Shown: positions 1 through 15,571, numbered from the stretch's first letter. The stretch is 64,000 bases of DNA from Octopus vulgaris (GCA_951406725.2 OX597814.1:40672001-40736000), one strand, 5' to 3'. The notes: generated by a model from the letters alone, not told the origin. Translations and numbers: made by a program.

Positions 1-196
1 TTCAAAACTTCCATGCTTCCTGAGATTCGCCAAAACTACACCTGATTTTCTCCCATCCATACACACACAAGCATGTATCTGACTCATACATTGTTCACTT
101 TCCAGACATTTGTACATTACTGCATATGCTTTATACGCACTTTTAACAAGTTGTGATGCACCTGGGCACTGTATATAATGATTTCATTATCATTAT
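1..196 (+). mobile_element. 3' end fragment of a CR1-group LINE (continues off the window edge)
   Basis: Closely matches 10794-10995 (e.g. caagcatgtatctgactcatacattgttcactttcc), which follows a CR1-type C-terminal coding remnant; ends in short ATT repeats. Confidence 0.7.
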
Positions 197-1754
197 ACGC
201 CACGCTATTTTATGATATACAAACATAGTAATTTTTGCCAATCTTCATATGATATATTTGTGCAATGTTAATATAGTAAATTTTCAATCGTTTCATGATA
301 CGTAGCCAATAAGTAAAGCAACAGGCATCTGCCAGATGCTTTCAGACACCTGATGCCGTCTCTGATTACTTACAATACCTTATTCATTTAGAAATCTAGA
401 AATAAACTGAACAAGGGAGCTTAAATAATCGGTGATCATATAAGAATGTATATGAAATTGAATTTAAAGAATATTCTACAAATATCACAAATGTTTACAA
501 GACCTCGGAAAAGACTTGAATATTCAAAACTTTTATGAGTTTTTTTTTTAATGCAGATTCTCCATGGATCAATCTTCAATGGTTCTATCTTTTTAGTATA
601 AGGGGCATTTAAATAAGGTATGAATCAAATACACACATCGCATATGTGTTACAGACAGCAAAACATTTAGTGCTGATAAATACAAAAATAAAAGGACTTT
701 TGTTGCATTAGGATACGTATCACCTGTATCGAAAACTCTAAATGTGATAACATTTTGTGGCCATCAATAAACGCGCACACAAACATAATATGTATGCCAC
801 ATATTCCAGCAAAACTAGAAACCAGTAATTAAGTATTACCCTAGTAGAATAAGATTCGTAATTAAGACAGACATGCAATAACGGTATATGTAATCACCAT
901 AAGACAAGATGATATAAACAGGTTCACACTTGCGAGAATGATGGTAAACTCACAATAAAAGACTCAAACGTAAATAAGATTCCCAACCACGGTATATCAA
1001 ACAGGTATGAAAATCAAAGGCTACATTGGTGTCTACTATTGGGGATTACCATTCAACTCAGTAGAGTTAGCAGCGTTAAAATCATAAACATAACCTGGTT
1101 ATTAATATTATAAGTAGTAGGAGCGGAAAATGTGCGTATTATGTCCATTACGTATACACCCAGTTTTTATTACAATTACCAACATCGAATATAAACAAAA
1201 TCGTATTAAAGTGTGATTACAAAGCTGGAAATTAAAAACAAGTATCTATAATCGGAGAAACTTCTCCCAGAAGAGGACATCATAATCTCAAGTATTACAG
1301 AAGATAATAGAACTTGAAAATTAAATGGATTAAGCAAAATTTCCTCAACAAGAAAATCATATCATGTCAAAAAATAACAACCCAAGGAATAACAAAACTA
1401 GAACTTCAAAGATATGAATTAATTCGCGAACATACACAAGGGGATATGCAGTTCCACATTCTAAAACACATTCTAAATAAGTCAACACTCCAAGAGAAGT
1501 AACATTTTAATTTGCCGATGTCGTTTCATTTCTAGCGTTACATTAGTTAGTTTCCAGCATTACATACTTCAACATTGTTGTGATGTGAGAGTGCTGTTCA
1601 TGTCACGTTCACATTATAGATAAAGTCCACATTATTCAGCAAGCAAGTGCCCAATGTGTCGTTTTCCTTGGTTAGCGCCTGAATATACCCTGCTCCTTGA
1701 ACATTGAGTCAGTATATTCAAGTATCGACTCAACATGCTTCTGTTCATGTAGTG

Positions 1755-1832
<78 letters not shown>

Positions 1833-1889
1833 GCATGTATGTATGTATGTATGTATGTATGTATGTATATATACATACATACTTATATG

Positions 1890-2289
1890 CTATTCATGAA
1901 GCAAGTTACAGTGGCACCAACCTGGGGAAACTATACATTTGACATTTGCTTCATAAAAAATGTGGACCTTATCCATAATGTGAAGGTGACACGAAAAGCA
2001 CTCTCAGATCACCTCCTTGTTGAACTCACTATGTATTGTATTGCGAGAACTGCCGGTATGGACTCTATCAGGAGGATTCAAAACATTATCCAATCTGAAT
2101 TTATATAAAGCAAAATAGGAATTAATCCACAAATAAACACACAATCGAAACTGGTCCAACTTTCATTGTATGCAAGACATTGACTTAAAACTCAGACAGT
2201 GTTAGCTACATGTACTAAATATTCCCCAGAAAGACAGGCCAGCACACTGAGAAACAAGATTCCTGGGGACAGAAAAATCCTTATTGGGT
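1890..2289 (+). pseudogene. LINE apurinic-like endonuclease (APE) fragment, CR1 group
   Basis: Translation [17 protein letters not shown]...IHNVKVTRKALSDHLLV parallels QLVLAPTRHQNILDLVF...IHNVTVEKTLLSDHDMV in the intact ORF2 at 26369-29500. Confidence 0.75.
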
Positions 2290-3400
<1,111 letters not shown>

Positions 3401-3670
3401 TATGGTTTATGGCTTATAGGTTAAATGAGGTATGACTGTCCTCACTGCCGAAACAGCTGTCAGTTTTGATTTATTTGTATATTATATTTGAAATTTTTTA
3501 CTTATATCTCTTTATCTTTTTACTTTTACTATTACTGTATATCTCATTTCATTTTATATATTGCCTTTACTCATATGTAATGGTGTATTAAAGTATGGAT
3601 TGAGTATCATCGGATAGTTGATGTTTTACTGATTTAAGTATGTTTCTCCATTCTCTAATTTTGTAATATA

Positions 3671-3713
<43 letters not shown>

Positions 3714-4115
3714 ATGTATATATATATGTATATATGGATGTAAGTATGTATGTATGTACAGAGTATTTGAAATGGTGTAGAGATATACATTGAAAAAAAT
3801 GCGGTAGTCAGAATTTTGGATAAATGTTTATTAATGCTTTAGTTCGTTTCTCGAACAGGTTGTGACAAAATCAAAATGGCAAAACCAGAACGTTTTGTTG
3901 TTCATTTATATGAATTAGATGTTTCTTTTGTTTCTTGTTATGCTTTGTTTAGAAGAAATATTTTCCGTGGGGTGAGAAAGGAAAGCAAAGAGGTGGGGGA
4001 GAACAATAGTCAAAGACAGGGTTCAGGACAATCAAAACAGAAAGAAAAATAACAAATGATAGGGAAACATAGATAGATAAATATACTGATGAATAGACAT
4101 ATATATATATATATA

Positions 4116-4628
4116 TACCTCTTCCCTAACCGACCCCTCCCCTCTTTCAAACGAGCCCACAACTTTCGAGACCTTTTGGTCCATAGCTCCTTCCCTGACC
4201 CTACCTCCCAACCCGGCTCGTTCCCCTGCTCCCGCCCACGTTGCCGCACTTGCCCTTACCTCTCCAACACCACCCGCCTCACTAGCACCCACCATCGACC
4301 CTATCCCATCATCCACTCCTTCACCTGCACCTCCAGCAATATTATCTATTGCATCTCTTGCTCTCTCTGCAATTCCTTGTACATCGGACAAACGGGACGC
4401 CGCTTGGCTGACCGGTTCGCGGAACACCTTCGTGACATCCACCTTGCGAACGACACACCGGTCTCACGGCATTTCCGCTCCACCGGTCACTCCTTGCAAC
4501 ACCTATCTGTGTTCGGTTTGTCCTTACACAGAGGCCATCCGGATTCCCGTTTGCGCCATGAACAGGATTTAATCTTCTCTCTTCGCTCTTATACGCCATT
4601 TGGTCTCAACCCCCCCCTCCTCATCTAA
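4116..4628 (+). CDS. GIY-YIG endonuclease C-terminus of a Neptune-like Penelope element (5'-truncated)
   Basis: FKRAHNFRDLLVHS; Cys linker CSRPRCRTC; FTCTSSNIIYCISCSLCNSLYIGQTGRRLADRFAEH; terminal GLN. The annotated ORF start lies just upstream of a TA tract and is spurious. Confidence 0.9.
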   Translation, partial: YLFPNRPLPSFKRAHNFRDLLVHSSFPDPTSQPGSFPCSRPRCRTCPYLSNTTRLTSTHHRPYPIIHSFTCTSSNIIYCISCSLCNSLYIGQTGRRLADRFAEHLRDIHLANDTPVSRHFRSTGHSLQHLSVFGLSLHRGHPDSRLRHEQDLIFSLRSYTPFGLNPPLLI

Positions 4629-5152
4629 CCCCCCTCCCCCCTCCTCCCCTATATTTTCCCCCCCGACCCCTACTTCTTCAGTCCTTCATCCTTTCACCCC
4701 TACTCCCCTTCCCTTCTTCCCTCTTTCTCCCCCTCCTTCCCTCTTCCCCTTCCCTCGGCTCCCTCACTCCCTCTCTCCCCTTCTATCTCCCCCTCTCCCT
4801 CTTTCTTCCTTCCTCCTTCCACCCCCGCCCCACCTTCCTTCTCCCCCTCCCTCTCTTCTCCTCACTACACCACACGACTTTACACATCACATCATATATG
4901 ATGTGCCATACTAATACATACACCAACTAATACATACTAATACGTACTAATACATACTAATACATACTAATACATACACCAACCCTATACATACACACGT
5001 CCAGACCCCGCATACGCACTTATACTCTCTCATACACACACACACACACTTATACATACTAATACGTACTAATACATACTAATACATACTAATACATACA
5101 CCAACCCCATACATACGCACGTCCAGACCAATCCTACGCACTAATACTCTCT

Positions 5153-5187
<35 letters not shown>

Positions 5188-5433
5188 ATACATACTAATA
5201 CATACACCAACCCTATACATACACACGTCCAGACCCCTCCTACGCACTATTAGCTGGTCCTTCAACCCTATTATCAACCCTATTATCAACCCTATTATTT
5301 CCCCTTATTTCGCTCTCGCGTCTCATGTTTGATCTTTGACCTCTGGCCGAAATCAGATCGCCATGTTGATTCGTTAGCTACTGCACGCATTTTTTTTCTC
5401 TCCTTCTTTCTGTGTTTTATTTCTCTCTGTGTA

Positions 5434-5471
5434 TCTTTCTGTTGAAGAGCGTAGGCTCGAAACGTTAAAGA
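5434..5471 (+). ncRNA. Minimal hammerhead-like motif with a variant core
   Basis: tcttt CTGTTGA a gagc-gtag-gctc GAA ACGT t aaaga. The core reads CUGUUGA instead of CUGANGA, so it may be inactive. Confidence 0.6.
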
Positions 5472-5568
5472 CTTGTTTTATTTATATTTCCTGAGCGCCA
5501 TACTAATACAATTGTTCGTTTGTTTTCCACCTGCCTTCGTCTTTTGTCTATTTTCATAAAGCTTCCCG

Positions 5569-5673
<105 letters not shown>

Positions 5674-5756
5674 ATCGTTAATTTAAAAATAAAATAACGA
5701 TTTTATCAAGTGGTCAGCATGGAAAAAATAACCTTCAAATGTAATAATTATTAAAC

Positions 5757-5974
5757 TTAAAATTATAAGTTAAGGTAATGCGAGATACCACCATGCTGAA
5801 AATAGCAGCCGTGATCTGACTCTAGAAACACCATAATTGTCCATATATCAACACGGAGAGAAAACAAAGAGACAAGATAAAACTACTAAAAAATTATGGT
5901 GGTTTTAGAGTCAGATCATAGCTGCTATTTTCAGCATGGTGGTATCTCGTAGATACGCTAATTTATAATTTTAA
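5757..5974. repeat. Fold-back inverted repeat (core arms 5781-5838 and 5892-5949) between microsatellites
   Basis: cgagataccaccatgctgaaaatagcagc...ccataatt is mirrored by aattatgg...gctgctattttcagcatggtggtatctcg. Confidence 0.8.
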
Positions 5975-5976
5975 TG

Positions 5977-6090
<114 letters not shown>

Positions 6091-6589
6091 ACAATCAGAG
6101 AGACAGATAGATACATAGACAGATAGACATATAGATCGAAGGATCGAACGATCGATCGATAGATAGATAGAAAGATAGATAGATGGATGGATGGGGGGAG
6201 GAGAGTTTCTTTTCAATAAGATAGGGTCAATCGATTGATATTTCAACATATTTTACTTCTTTCCTTTCTTTTTCCTTGTTTTTCACATCTTTCTTTCTCA
6301 TTATATACATATCAACATATTTGTAAATAAACACATTTTCTCGTTAAGGCTGGTGACATTTCAAGATGTCAATTTTGATCAGTATAATGAGATAAAATAA
6401 GAAAATAATGGACGTTGCAGTCATCAGTGAAAAATGAAAAAGAGTCCAAAGTTAAAAGTCCTATGAAGATGTATGTCCCTTTACATTGATATAGTGAAAT
6501 CCAATATTCCGTGTAATTCCATGCCTTGCACGAACAAATATTAAATAGTACAACGTTCATAAATTAGCAAAATAAATCAGAATATAAAA

Positions 6590-7920
6590 CAAATGATTTG
6601 AGCTAGTTACCGTTTCTAATTCAATCTATGCTCTATGTTCATTTAATCATAAATGAGCTTTGTAATAACATGCATGCTGTATATTTATCTGGAAGCTACT
6701 CTGTAGGATATAAATTATATAGCAAAGCCTGATTAAATATATTTTTTGAGTATCTTTTATCCTTTTATAGAATTTCTTTAACTTTTTGTTGCATGGATAA
6801 CATAATTCGAAGAGATTTTTCTTCACGAATTACTTTGCCAAGTAGCTACATTAGTTATCTTTCCTAATCAGTAATAAAATGTTTCTAATATTTTTTCTCG
6901 GGTATATGTAAGATCCACAAGTACAACAATTATCAAAATCCCAATGTTATATTCATATCTGATCATTTCTAGATATGAGTATCTCGTTAAGATTGGAACA
7001 ACATTCACAAACTATAGTAACAGTGTAATATGAATGTTTCTCTTCATCTAAAAAATAATAATAAAGTGGTAAAATGTCCATGAAGAAGCTTTCTTGAGAG
7101 ACAGCAAACCATCTAGGACAAATTCATATCCCCTTACATCTGCTATCTTTACATTCTTTTACGGAGAATCATGATGCATTCTCTGATGTGAATTTTGCTC
7201 TTGTCAAGGGATTTGGGTATCTTTCTGTTGGCATATGCTGTTTCGTAAAGTGCTAATCTCAGTGATATTTTTCATTTTGGAAGTATATGAAGGCTTGATT
7301 CGATAGTATGAAATTTGTTGCTACCCAAGGGTTGTGCGTCTTGATAAATGGAATTGTGTTCAATAATTTTTCCTTTGTTATACATAGCTGTGTGATGCTC
7401 AGTTTCATCACCTTTTTAAATTCCATCATTTTTCAATTCTTAGGGTAATTTCTGTTTTGTTAGCGAGCGTTTGAGCTCGTTGAGTCACTTTTGACATGTC
7501 TTGGGGTCAATCGCTTTAGTACAGAACGTTTTGTCTTGCTCTATGAGGTGTTTATTTTAATGTGCGTGGGGCGGCAAGACTAGAAATTCAAATATCGATG
7601 CTTGTCCCTTGTGATTGTGGATTTGTGGATTTTTATCTGAATATCCAGGAATGGTAATTCCTTGTAACTGGCTTCTGTCATGAAATTTACGGGTGGTTCA
7701 AGTGTGTTCAATATATTATGAAATACTTGTACGTACTCATTCGATTTTCCTAAAAGATAAAGCCATCTTCGACGAAGTATTTCGAGATTTTAATGACGTA
7801 TTTCTTGCACTCATTATTTAAAACTCTCTCTACTTACACATAAAGCTTGTCGTCCAAATATCCCAATGGCTAGGTTAGCATATCAAAGTGCAAATCGCGT
7901 CCTTGTAGCTGTACCGCAAT
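6590..7920 (-). pseudogene. Degenerate PLE reverse transcriptase remnant
   Basis: Minus-strand fragments YANLAIG, FVEDGFIF (decayed YxDDxF), PFLDIQ and KHRYLNF.SC.PTHIK occur in PLE RT order; many stops. Confidence 0.55.
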
Positions 7921-8150
7921 TGTTCTTCTCACTTTTTGCTTTTTTTTTATCTCTCTTTTAAAAAAAAACAATATTTTTCTCCTTCTCTGAACAAAACAAA
8001 AAAAAACATCCGGTTCATATAAATTTACAATGAAATGTTCTTTTTTACCATTTTCATTTTGACGTGACTTTGATGAACGTACGGAAGCCCTAATAACGAA
8101 TTATCAAAGATTTTGACTGACAGCTTTTTCTCAATATGTATAAGTATATG

Positions 8151-8296
<146 letters not shown>

Positions 8297-9510
8297 TATA
8301 CGCATGTATGTACTTGTGTGGCGTGTGTGTGTGTACGTATTTACGTGTGCATCTTTCATAGACATGCTGGTACACACACACAAAAATATATATGCTTGCA
8401 AGTTTGTCGTGTGTGTATGTGATTCTCTACTGATTGATTAACAATATCTTCGTCTTATGTCGCGGTAATATAAATAAATAAATTCTGTAATCTCCTATAT
8501 TTAGCATATTATGAATATATTGGTCCTAATAGAAAATGGAGAGGCAAGGATATATATCATAACATATATATTTGTAATCAACTTTCATTGGGAATAATTT
8601 GATTTTCATCGATTCTTAAGACCCTGCTGATCGCACTTCAGAGAACATAATGATGCAAAGATATTAAATTATTGATAAGGAGCTGATGATTTTAAAAGGT
8701 TCATTTAAATCTAAAAATGACGTGAATTTCTGCCATAAGTTCGATAGGAATTAAAAGAAGAATTTTAGATGGGGTTTCCTAAACGGTAAAGATTTGAGAA
8801 GGCAAATATCAATTAATATATAAATATATTTTTATTTTAATCACGTTCCTTTTGTATACATGCAAAAAATATTCAATGCATACTGAAACACACATATAAT
8901 ATGCCCATACCAAAACGCACAGGTGTCGTAGAGTGTAAGAAATGTTATTTTCATGTACATCTGTGTAAATGAAGATGAACATAACCATACACTTCCTTGC
9001 ATTATTAAACACATCCTACTTAACTTAGAATGCTATTTCACCATTTATTATTCATCAAATCGAAGGAAGGAAAGCAAAAATGTGTTTTCATCACCTTTGA
9101 TAATGTCATTAATAACTTAACATTTTGTCTATATACGTTTGACATATGCGCGTACAATTACGCACACACACACAAACACACACATATATGAATACACATC
9201 AATGTCACTGAGTTTATTTAGTTTCTATTCTTTATTTTCAGGAAACATTCTATGATTTATGTGGGACGATATAGAATATAAAACAATATATAAAACATAG
9301 AATGTCCTATGGGTGTCATAGAATTACTAACATTTTTTTTCTGTTTCTCATTTGTAAACGATTAACGTATAAGTACGCTGCTAATTGGAACAGAGATAAT
9401 ATTGAACGCACGCTGTAAAAGGAAAAACATAAAATTACCAGTCTATGTAAATATTTGTCTGCGAATATCCCCCAGACACACACATATATATATGTACATA
9501 TATGCGTGTG

Positions 9511-9580
<70 letters not shown>

Positions 9581-9592
9581 TATGTATGTATG

Positions 9593-9670
<78 letters not shown>

Positions 9671-10624
9671 TATATACATACATATATGCATATAGATAAA
9701 ACTGGGAAAAGGATGCGTGGTGTTCTATCATATAATACATACAAACATATATACACGCATCTATGTACATATGTATATGTATGTATGTGTGTGTGTGTGT
9801 GTATATGGATCAAAACGGTTTGATACGAATTCGTTGGTACGCTTGCTTTTTAAGCAATTTGAATTTGAATGATAGACTTTGATTGTAATTACTGTAAGGT
9901 GGGCTGTCATTAGTGGGGGAAGGTTACGGGTTGTTGTGTTTTGATGATGATATATGGGTAACAATTAGCTGGAAAATACTGCGTGGTGAACAGGAAAATT
10001 ACAATTACCAATCCCCGACTTTTGCCCACCCCCAGCGAATACCAATTCCTCAACGCTTAACAATTCCCAATCCTCAAAGTTTATTTTGCTTCTGTGTACT
10101 CACGCACGCACGCACGAATGCGCATGTACACGCGCACACTAGTATATATGCGTACATGCATGCGAATATATATATATGTACATATGAATGAATACGCATT
10201 TTGTGTGTATGCATGTATGAGCGCGCATGTGTGCGTATACGCGTGTAGGTGCCTGAGTGTGCGCTCGAGCGTATACGTCCAAGCGTATGTGTGTCTGTGT
10301 GAGTGCAGACGTGCGTGTGCGTGCCTATGTACAGATGCGCACAGTGGCCTCAATACAGACAAATCAAAATGAGCGCCTCAACACACCCACATATACAACT
10401 ATATAGTTCCACATGTCTCCCCTTCGTAATTCCCAATCACAAACTGACCGAGTTTTTGATCGCCACGAGATCCACTTCCTGTCCTCATCGAGGTCGATTT
10501 CCTGTTCAGCATAAGGTATTTTCCAGCTGTCACCTATATATCAACATCAGACCACAACACTACCTGACCTTCCTCGACCAATCACAGGTCACTTTGCGGT
10601 AATAACAATCAAATTCTGCTATTT

Positions 10625-10995
10625 AAATTCAAAAACTCCACCCGTCTAACACTCGTGGACATATTTACAAAGTCAGAAAACAGCACAGCTCTCATGACTT
10701 TAGGAAACATTTTTTCACGCTGAGAGATGCTGAAGCATGGAACAAACTGTCGGCATGGAACAAACTGTTGTTAGTTGTCGGAGCACTGCATCCTTCAAAA
10801 TGTCCATGCATTCTGAGATTCGCTGACACTACACCTAATTTTCTCCCCCCTCCCCCACTACACACACAAGCATGTATCTGACTCATACATTGTTCACTTT
10901 CCGGACATTTGTACATTACTGCATATACTCTATACGCACTTTCTGACAAGTTGTGGTGGGCCTCAGCACTGTATACAATAATTTCATTATTATTA
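10625..10995 (+). mobile_element. CR1-group LINE 3' fragment
   Basis: SNTRGHIYKVRKQHSSHDFRKHFFTLRDAEAWNKL matches the CR1-type C-terminal TRGH..K...FF..R...WN.L pattern; its 3' UTR is shared with 1-196. Confidence 0.8.
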
Positions 10996-11143
10996 ATTAT
11001 AAAATGGATGACGAATGAAACTTGAGTGCACCAACCATTTGGGATCGAACTGCTTTGATCTATATATATGTAAATTCCAATAAATTTGGTGAGTGACTTT
11101 CTTTCGTTTGTCCACTCAGTTTTGTGTGTGTGTATATATATAT

Positions 11144-11216
<73 letters not shown>

Positions 11217-11275
11217 TATTGGTGAATTGAAGAAATGGAGCTGAACGCAGATTGAACAGAAATCGTTTTATTTCA

Positions 11276-11355
11276 TTCTACACGTGTTTCGAAAGGCACA
11301 AATTACCAAAATCCGATTGAATAATGGGACCATATTGTGTCCTTCTCTTCAGGAA
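11276..11355 (-). ncRNA. Type I hammerhead ribozyme
   Basis: Minus strand: ttc CTGAAGA gaaggacacaa...ttgtgcctttc GAA ACACGTGT A gaa. Canonical core, 11-bp stem II with one mismatch, palindromic stem III, GUA site. Confidence 0.8.
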
Positions 11356-11953
11356 GAAAATAGGAAATCTGTTGGAAAAACAAAAACAGAACAGAGGCGG
11401 AGCAAAAACAAATCGAACTATGCTCCTAAGAGCCCATGGCGAAACTGTTTATCAGTGTATGTTGAGAACCGGTGGCTGAAGAATTTAACGGGTCAGGCAT
11501 CGGTCAATCATGTGGGTGAGGGTGTGTGGGTGTTCTTTGTGACCGAGAATAAAGTTCTGACTATTTAAGGAATATTGGATGTTTTATAAGGGGCGAGAAA
11601 AAATCTACTTAGAGACGTGTGTGTGTGTATACTGTTCTATATATGTGTGTGTTGGCGTAGGGGTAGAAAACATTTTTTGTGTACGTTTGTGCGTTTGAGC
11701 GTTCGGCTGTCAGTGGCTACTGCCGCGAGAACCGTTGGGTGGCAGAAAAAAAAATATATATATATATATTATGTTTTATGTGTGTGTGTGTTTATCTAAG
11801 CCTGCCTTGTCAAGGAAACCCCCCGCTGTAAAAAAACAAGCCCCGTTTGTCTTACAGGAGTAATTCCCCTTGCAGTGGTTAATCGTAGATATCTTAAAGG
11901 CTATTTCAGAATTTGTTACCAAGGGCTATGGGTGCCGGTATTATTTATAAACG

Positions 11954-12253
11954 CTATTTAAAAGCCAGATAAGTGTAACGCCGCCAATGGGGGCATCGAA
12001 AAGCCGACTGTAAAAGCCCGTTTACCATCCGGCCTCTGGCAAACAAAATATGGAAGAGTTCGGAGACACAAAGGTGGCACTGCCTTCTGCCCCTATCAAA
12101 TGGGAGGGCCACCGACAGAATTGATCATTCCAGCCTGTAGCTTAAGTTCGTATCCTTCACTCGCCATATTAGCTTACTGAGTCCCGTGGTCTGGCGCTTG
12201 TTCATGTCCCGAAAAGTTGCGTAATGGTTGGAGACACGCAAAGACAATCTTGA
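11954..12253 (-). pseudogene. C-terminal half of a Nematis-type GIY-YIG endonuclease (absent from the ORF track)
   Basis: SRLSLRVSNHYATFRDMNKRQTTGLSKLIWRVKDTNLSYRLE*SILSVALPFDRGRRQCHLCVSELFHIL...CPHWRRYTYLAFK* aligns by eye with the C-terminus of 35931-37793; one internal TGA at a Trp position. Confidence 0.85.
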
Positions 12254-12524
12254 GGTCCCATTATTCAATCGGATTTTGGTAATTTGTGCCTTTCGAAACA
12301 CGTGTAGAATGAACTAAAACGATTTCTGTTCAATCTGCGTTCAGCTCCATTTCTTCAATTCACCAATAATGTTTTAATTTCAATTATCCGCACCAACGCA
12401 CGGTTGCAACACCATATGGTTGTACCTCCAACCGTGCTGTTTACTGCTGTGATTTTTGCTACTAAGGTATCGGTTAAACTTTTGATTAATCTACTACAAG
12501 ATTATTCATCTTTCTATTTCACAT

Positions 12525-12556
<32 letters not shown>

Positions 12557-12820
12557 CCAGTGGCAATTCCAGCACACCGGCTCGAGTATAAATTTAGTAA
12601 AATGAACGTGTATTTGCAAGGTGATTTACTTTCTACCAATACTATCTTCAAATATGTCATTTCAGCCAATAACTCGGTCTCCTTTTCTGAGTCTGGTCGC
12701 AGTTCATTTGTTGGTCATCTTAGACATGCCCCCTATCAAAAAATATCATTGGTATCGGAGTCCTCTCGACATCGTTCAGACGTGTCCGACTCGTGTTCAG
12801 AAGTTAGAGCTTGAGCGTAG

Positions 12821-12860
<40 letters not shown>

Positions 12861-12865
<5 letters not shown>

Positions 12866-13024
12866 GTGACCGCGTTTTTTTCCTCCTTCTTCCCATCTTT
12901 GGATCTTTCCTTTTCCTATGTTTCTAAGGAAGAGCTCCGCTCGAAACGTTAAATCTTCCTTCTTTCCGACTTGTTCCACGGCCTCGCGTTGTGTTTTCTC
13001 TTTGTGTTTTCATGTTTGGATTGA

Positions 13025-13025
<1 letters not shown>
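12861..13025 (+). mobile_element. PLE terminal-repeat remnant with a decayed minimal HHR (12921-12953)
   Basis: ttt CTAAGGA a gagc-tcc-gctc GAA ACGT t aaa; same architecture as 5434-5471; lies between TA tracts. Confidence 0.55.
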
Positions 13026-13065
<40 letters not shown>

Positions 13066-13067
<2 letters not shown>

Positions 13068-13335
13068 CCCGGGGCACAAGTCCGGGCAATGTAGTTTATG
13101 GCCGGTCAGTAGTCGCCCATGAATATCGTCCTCCCTCACCACGCCACTGATTTTATCCAAGGGAGTGGGAAAGGCCGATACAGCTTCGCACCAGTGACGT
13201 CGCAACTTATTTCTACAGCTGAGTGAACTGGAGCAATGTGAAATAAAGTGTATTGCTCTAGAACACAACACGCAGCACGGTCCTGGAATCGAACTCAGAA
13301 CTTCACGATCGTAAGCCCGACGCTCGAACTGCTGA

Positions 13336-13338
<3 letters not shown>
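13066..13338 (-). mobile_element. tRNA-derived SINE
   Basis: Minus strand starts gctcagcagttcgagcgtcgggcttacgatc...gagttcgattccagg (tRNA-like head with B box), followed by a CORE-like gtgttctagagcaatacact. Confidence 0.75.
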
Positions 13339-13378
<40 letters not shown>

Positions 13379-14034
13379 CATATATATACACACTCACACA
13401 CATACATACATATATATATATATATATGTGTGTGTGTATATATATAAATATATATACATATGTATATAAATATATTGAGAAAAAAAGTCATCAGAATTTG
13501 CGAGAAAGAACCTTTTATTTGTTCATTATTATTAGCGCCGTCGTTCCTTTCTAGAATTTGTCAAATAGAATTATATTTATCTGTATATGTATATGCATAT
13601 ATGTATGAATACATATGCGTTTGGAATTGGTTTATTTACGTACATATTTAACAAGGATAACAGGTAATGTGTCTCTTGAAAAATGAATATTAAACCAAAT
13701 CGCCACCATTTCTAAAGGATATGAAATGTGTTCACTAGTATCTTTTACTGTTTATTATTCACTTGTTTCAGTTATTAAACTGCGGCCTCGTCGAACTAAT
13801 CGACACGAGTACTTAATGTTTGTTACGCCTAGTACTTAATCCATGGGTATCTTTGCAGGTTAAGGGCGCCGTGACGGTGTCGAGCCTTTCTGGTGACGTC
13901 GATGTTCGCCTGGGGCTAAATGCAACAGTAACACCCCCACCACCCTGCCCTGTCCCTAGCCATATTCAGATTGCTTTAGTCCCTTATGTTATCGAGCAGT
14001 TACTGTCTATATCTCTTTTAGAGAATTATTATTG

Positions 14035-14071
<37 letters not shown>

Positions 14072-14073
<2 letters not shown>

Positions 14074-14591
14074 GGTCCCGGGTTGATTCGGGGTTAACCA
14101 CAGTAAGTAAGGTACTCAATACATAGCAGAGTAAAATTAATTTATTATATAGAAGGAGCTTCTACAGGACTAGTACTGTTTCATTCAAGAGAAATCTTCA
14201 TGAAGCTATTTAACAAGAATTGTATTAGCATTTATACATTTAGGCAGGTTTAAAGGAGTGGTGGTGGGGGACTTTTTTGGGGGTAGGCATAGCGCAAAAT
14301 ATCATACTTGGGGGAGTGGTCAAGGAGTCAGTGGTAAGTTAGATGAAAGAATAGATAAATAAAAAAATAAATAAAAAAAATAATAAAAAAAAAATAAAAA
14401 AAAATAAAAAAAAATAAAAAAAAATAAAAAAAATAAAAAAATAATAAAATAATAAAATAAAAAATATATATAAATAATATATATATAGAAAAATATATAT
14501 ATAAAAAAAGGGGGGATAGAGTTATAGGTAAATAAGGAGATTCTCACTTATACCTATACACACATGTATACGTATCTACACACATATATAT

Positions 14592-14637
<46 letters not shown>

Positions 14638-14941
14638 ATATATACGCATATACATACATATCTACATACACACATACATACACCCGCCCACATATACAAA
14701 TTTATACACATGCACATGCATATACCTGTCTACACATACACACACGTATATATGCATACACTCACTCCCATGCATGCACGCATACACACATGTATATATA
14801 TACCCACGACCACACATACATATATACACAGAAAAATATATATTCATACGCACATACACTCATGCACACACAACACACCTAGTTCCCTATATACACATAT
14901 TTACACCTATATATACATACACCCACATACACATATGCACA

Positions 14942-14973
<32 letters not shown>

Positions 14974-15088
14974 CACATATACACGCATACATATATATAC
15001 ATGTGTGCACATACATACATATACACATATACATACACATACACATACACATGTGTACATATACATACCTACACATACACACATACAT

Positions 15089-15134
<46 letters not shown>

Positions 15135-15525
15135 CCAATACAGGCCCATTCCCTAATTTTAATTTTATTATCTTCATTTATTACTTTTGTTATCTTTGAT
15201 CGCTAGAGCTAAGGATCCTGGCTATGGCAGCATGTCCATTTGTCTGTCTACTAGAAGGCAAGTACTCATTCCCGCACGCACACTCATTAGCACGTACATT
15301 CACCCATTCGTACACTCATACACATACACGTACGCACGCGTTATATTCATACATACAAACATCTACATACGTTCACGTATATACACATACGTACTAGTAC
15401 CTACAGATTCCTGTCTACACTTTAGGAGGCTAGTCTATACATATACACCAATAAATATACATATATATATATATACACATATACATACACACACACACAT
15501 ATATATACTCCTACATACAGATACA

Positions 15526-15571
<46 letters not shown>

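Larger units (their letters stand above)
11216..12525 (-). mobile_element. Nematis-like PLE (family C), 5'-truncated, with an inverted terminal copy
   Basis: Inverted arms 11216-11331 and 12255-12370. The right arm continues ~150 nt further. Contains an endonuclease remnant and an HHR; flanked by (TA)n. Confidence 0.85.

Noticed and set aside
3425-3465. GAAACAGCTGTC hammerhead half
   Set aside because: No upstream CUGANGA; at most a truncated remnant.
4920-5250. Repeat-spacer-like pattern resembling a CRISPR array
   Set aside because: Degenerate tandem repeats in a PLE 3' UTR; eukaryotic context, no unique spacers and no cas genes.
12125-12127. In-frame TGA in the family C endonuclease as a possible selenocysteine codon
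   Set aside because: It aligns with Trp in family B (LNWEI), so a TGG-to-TGA mutation is the simpler explanation; no SECIS element was recognised.
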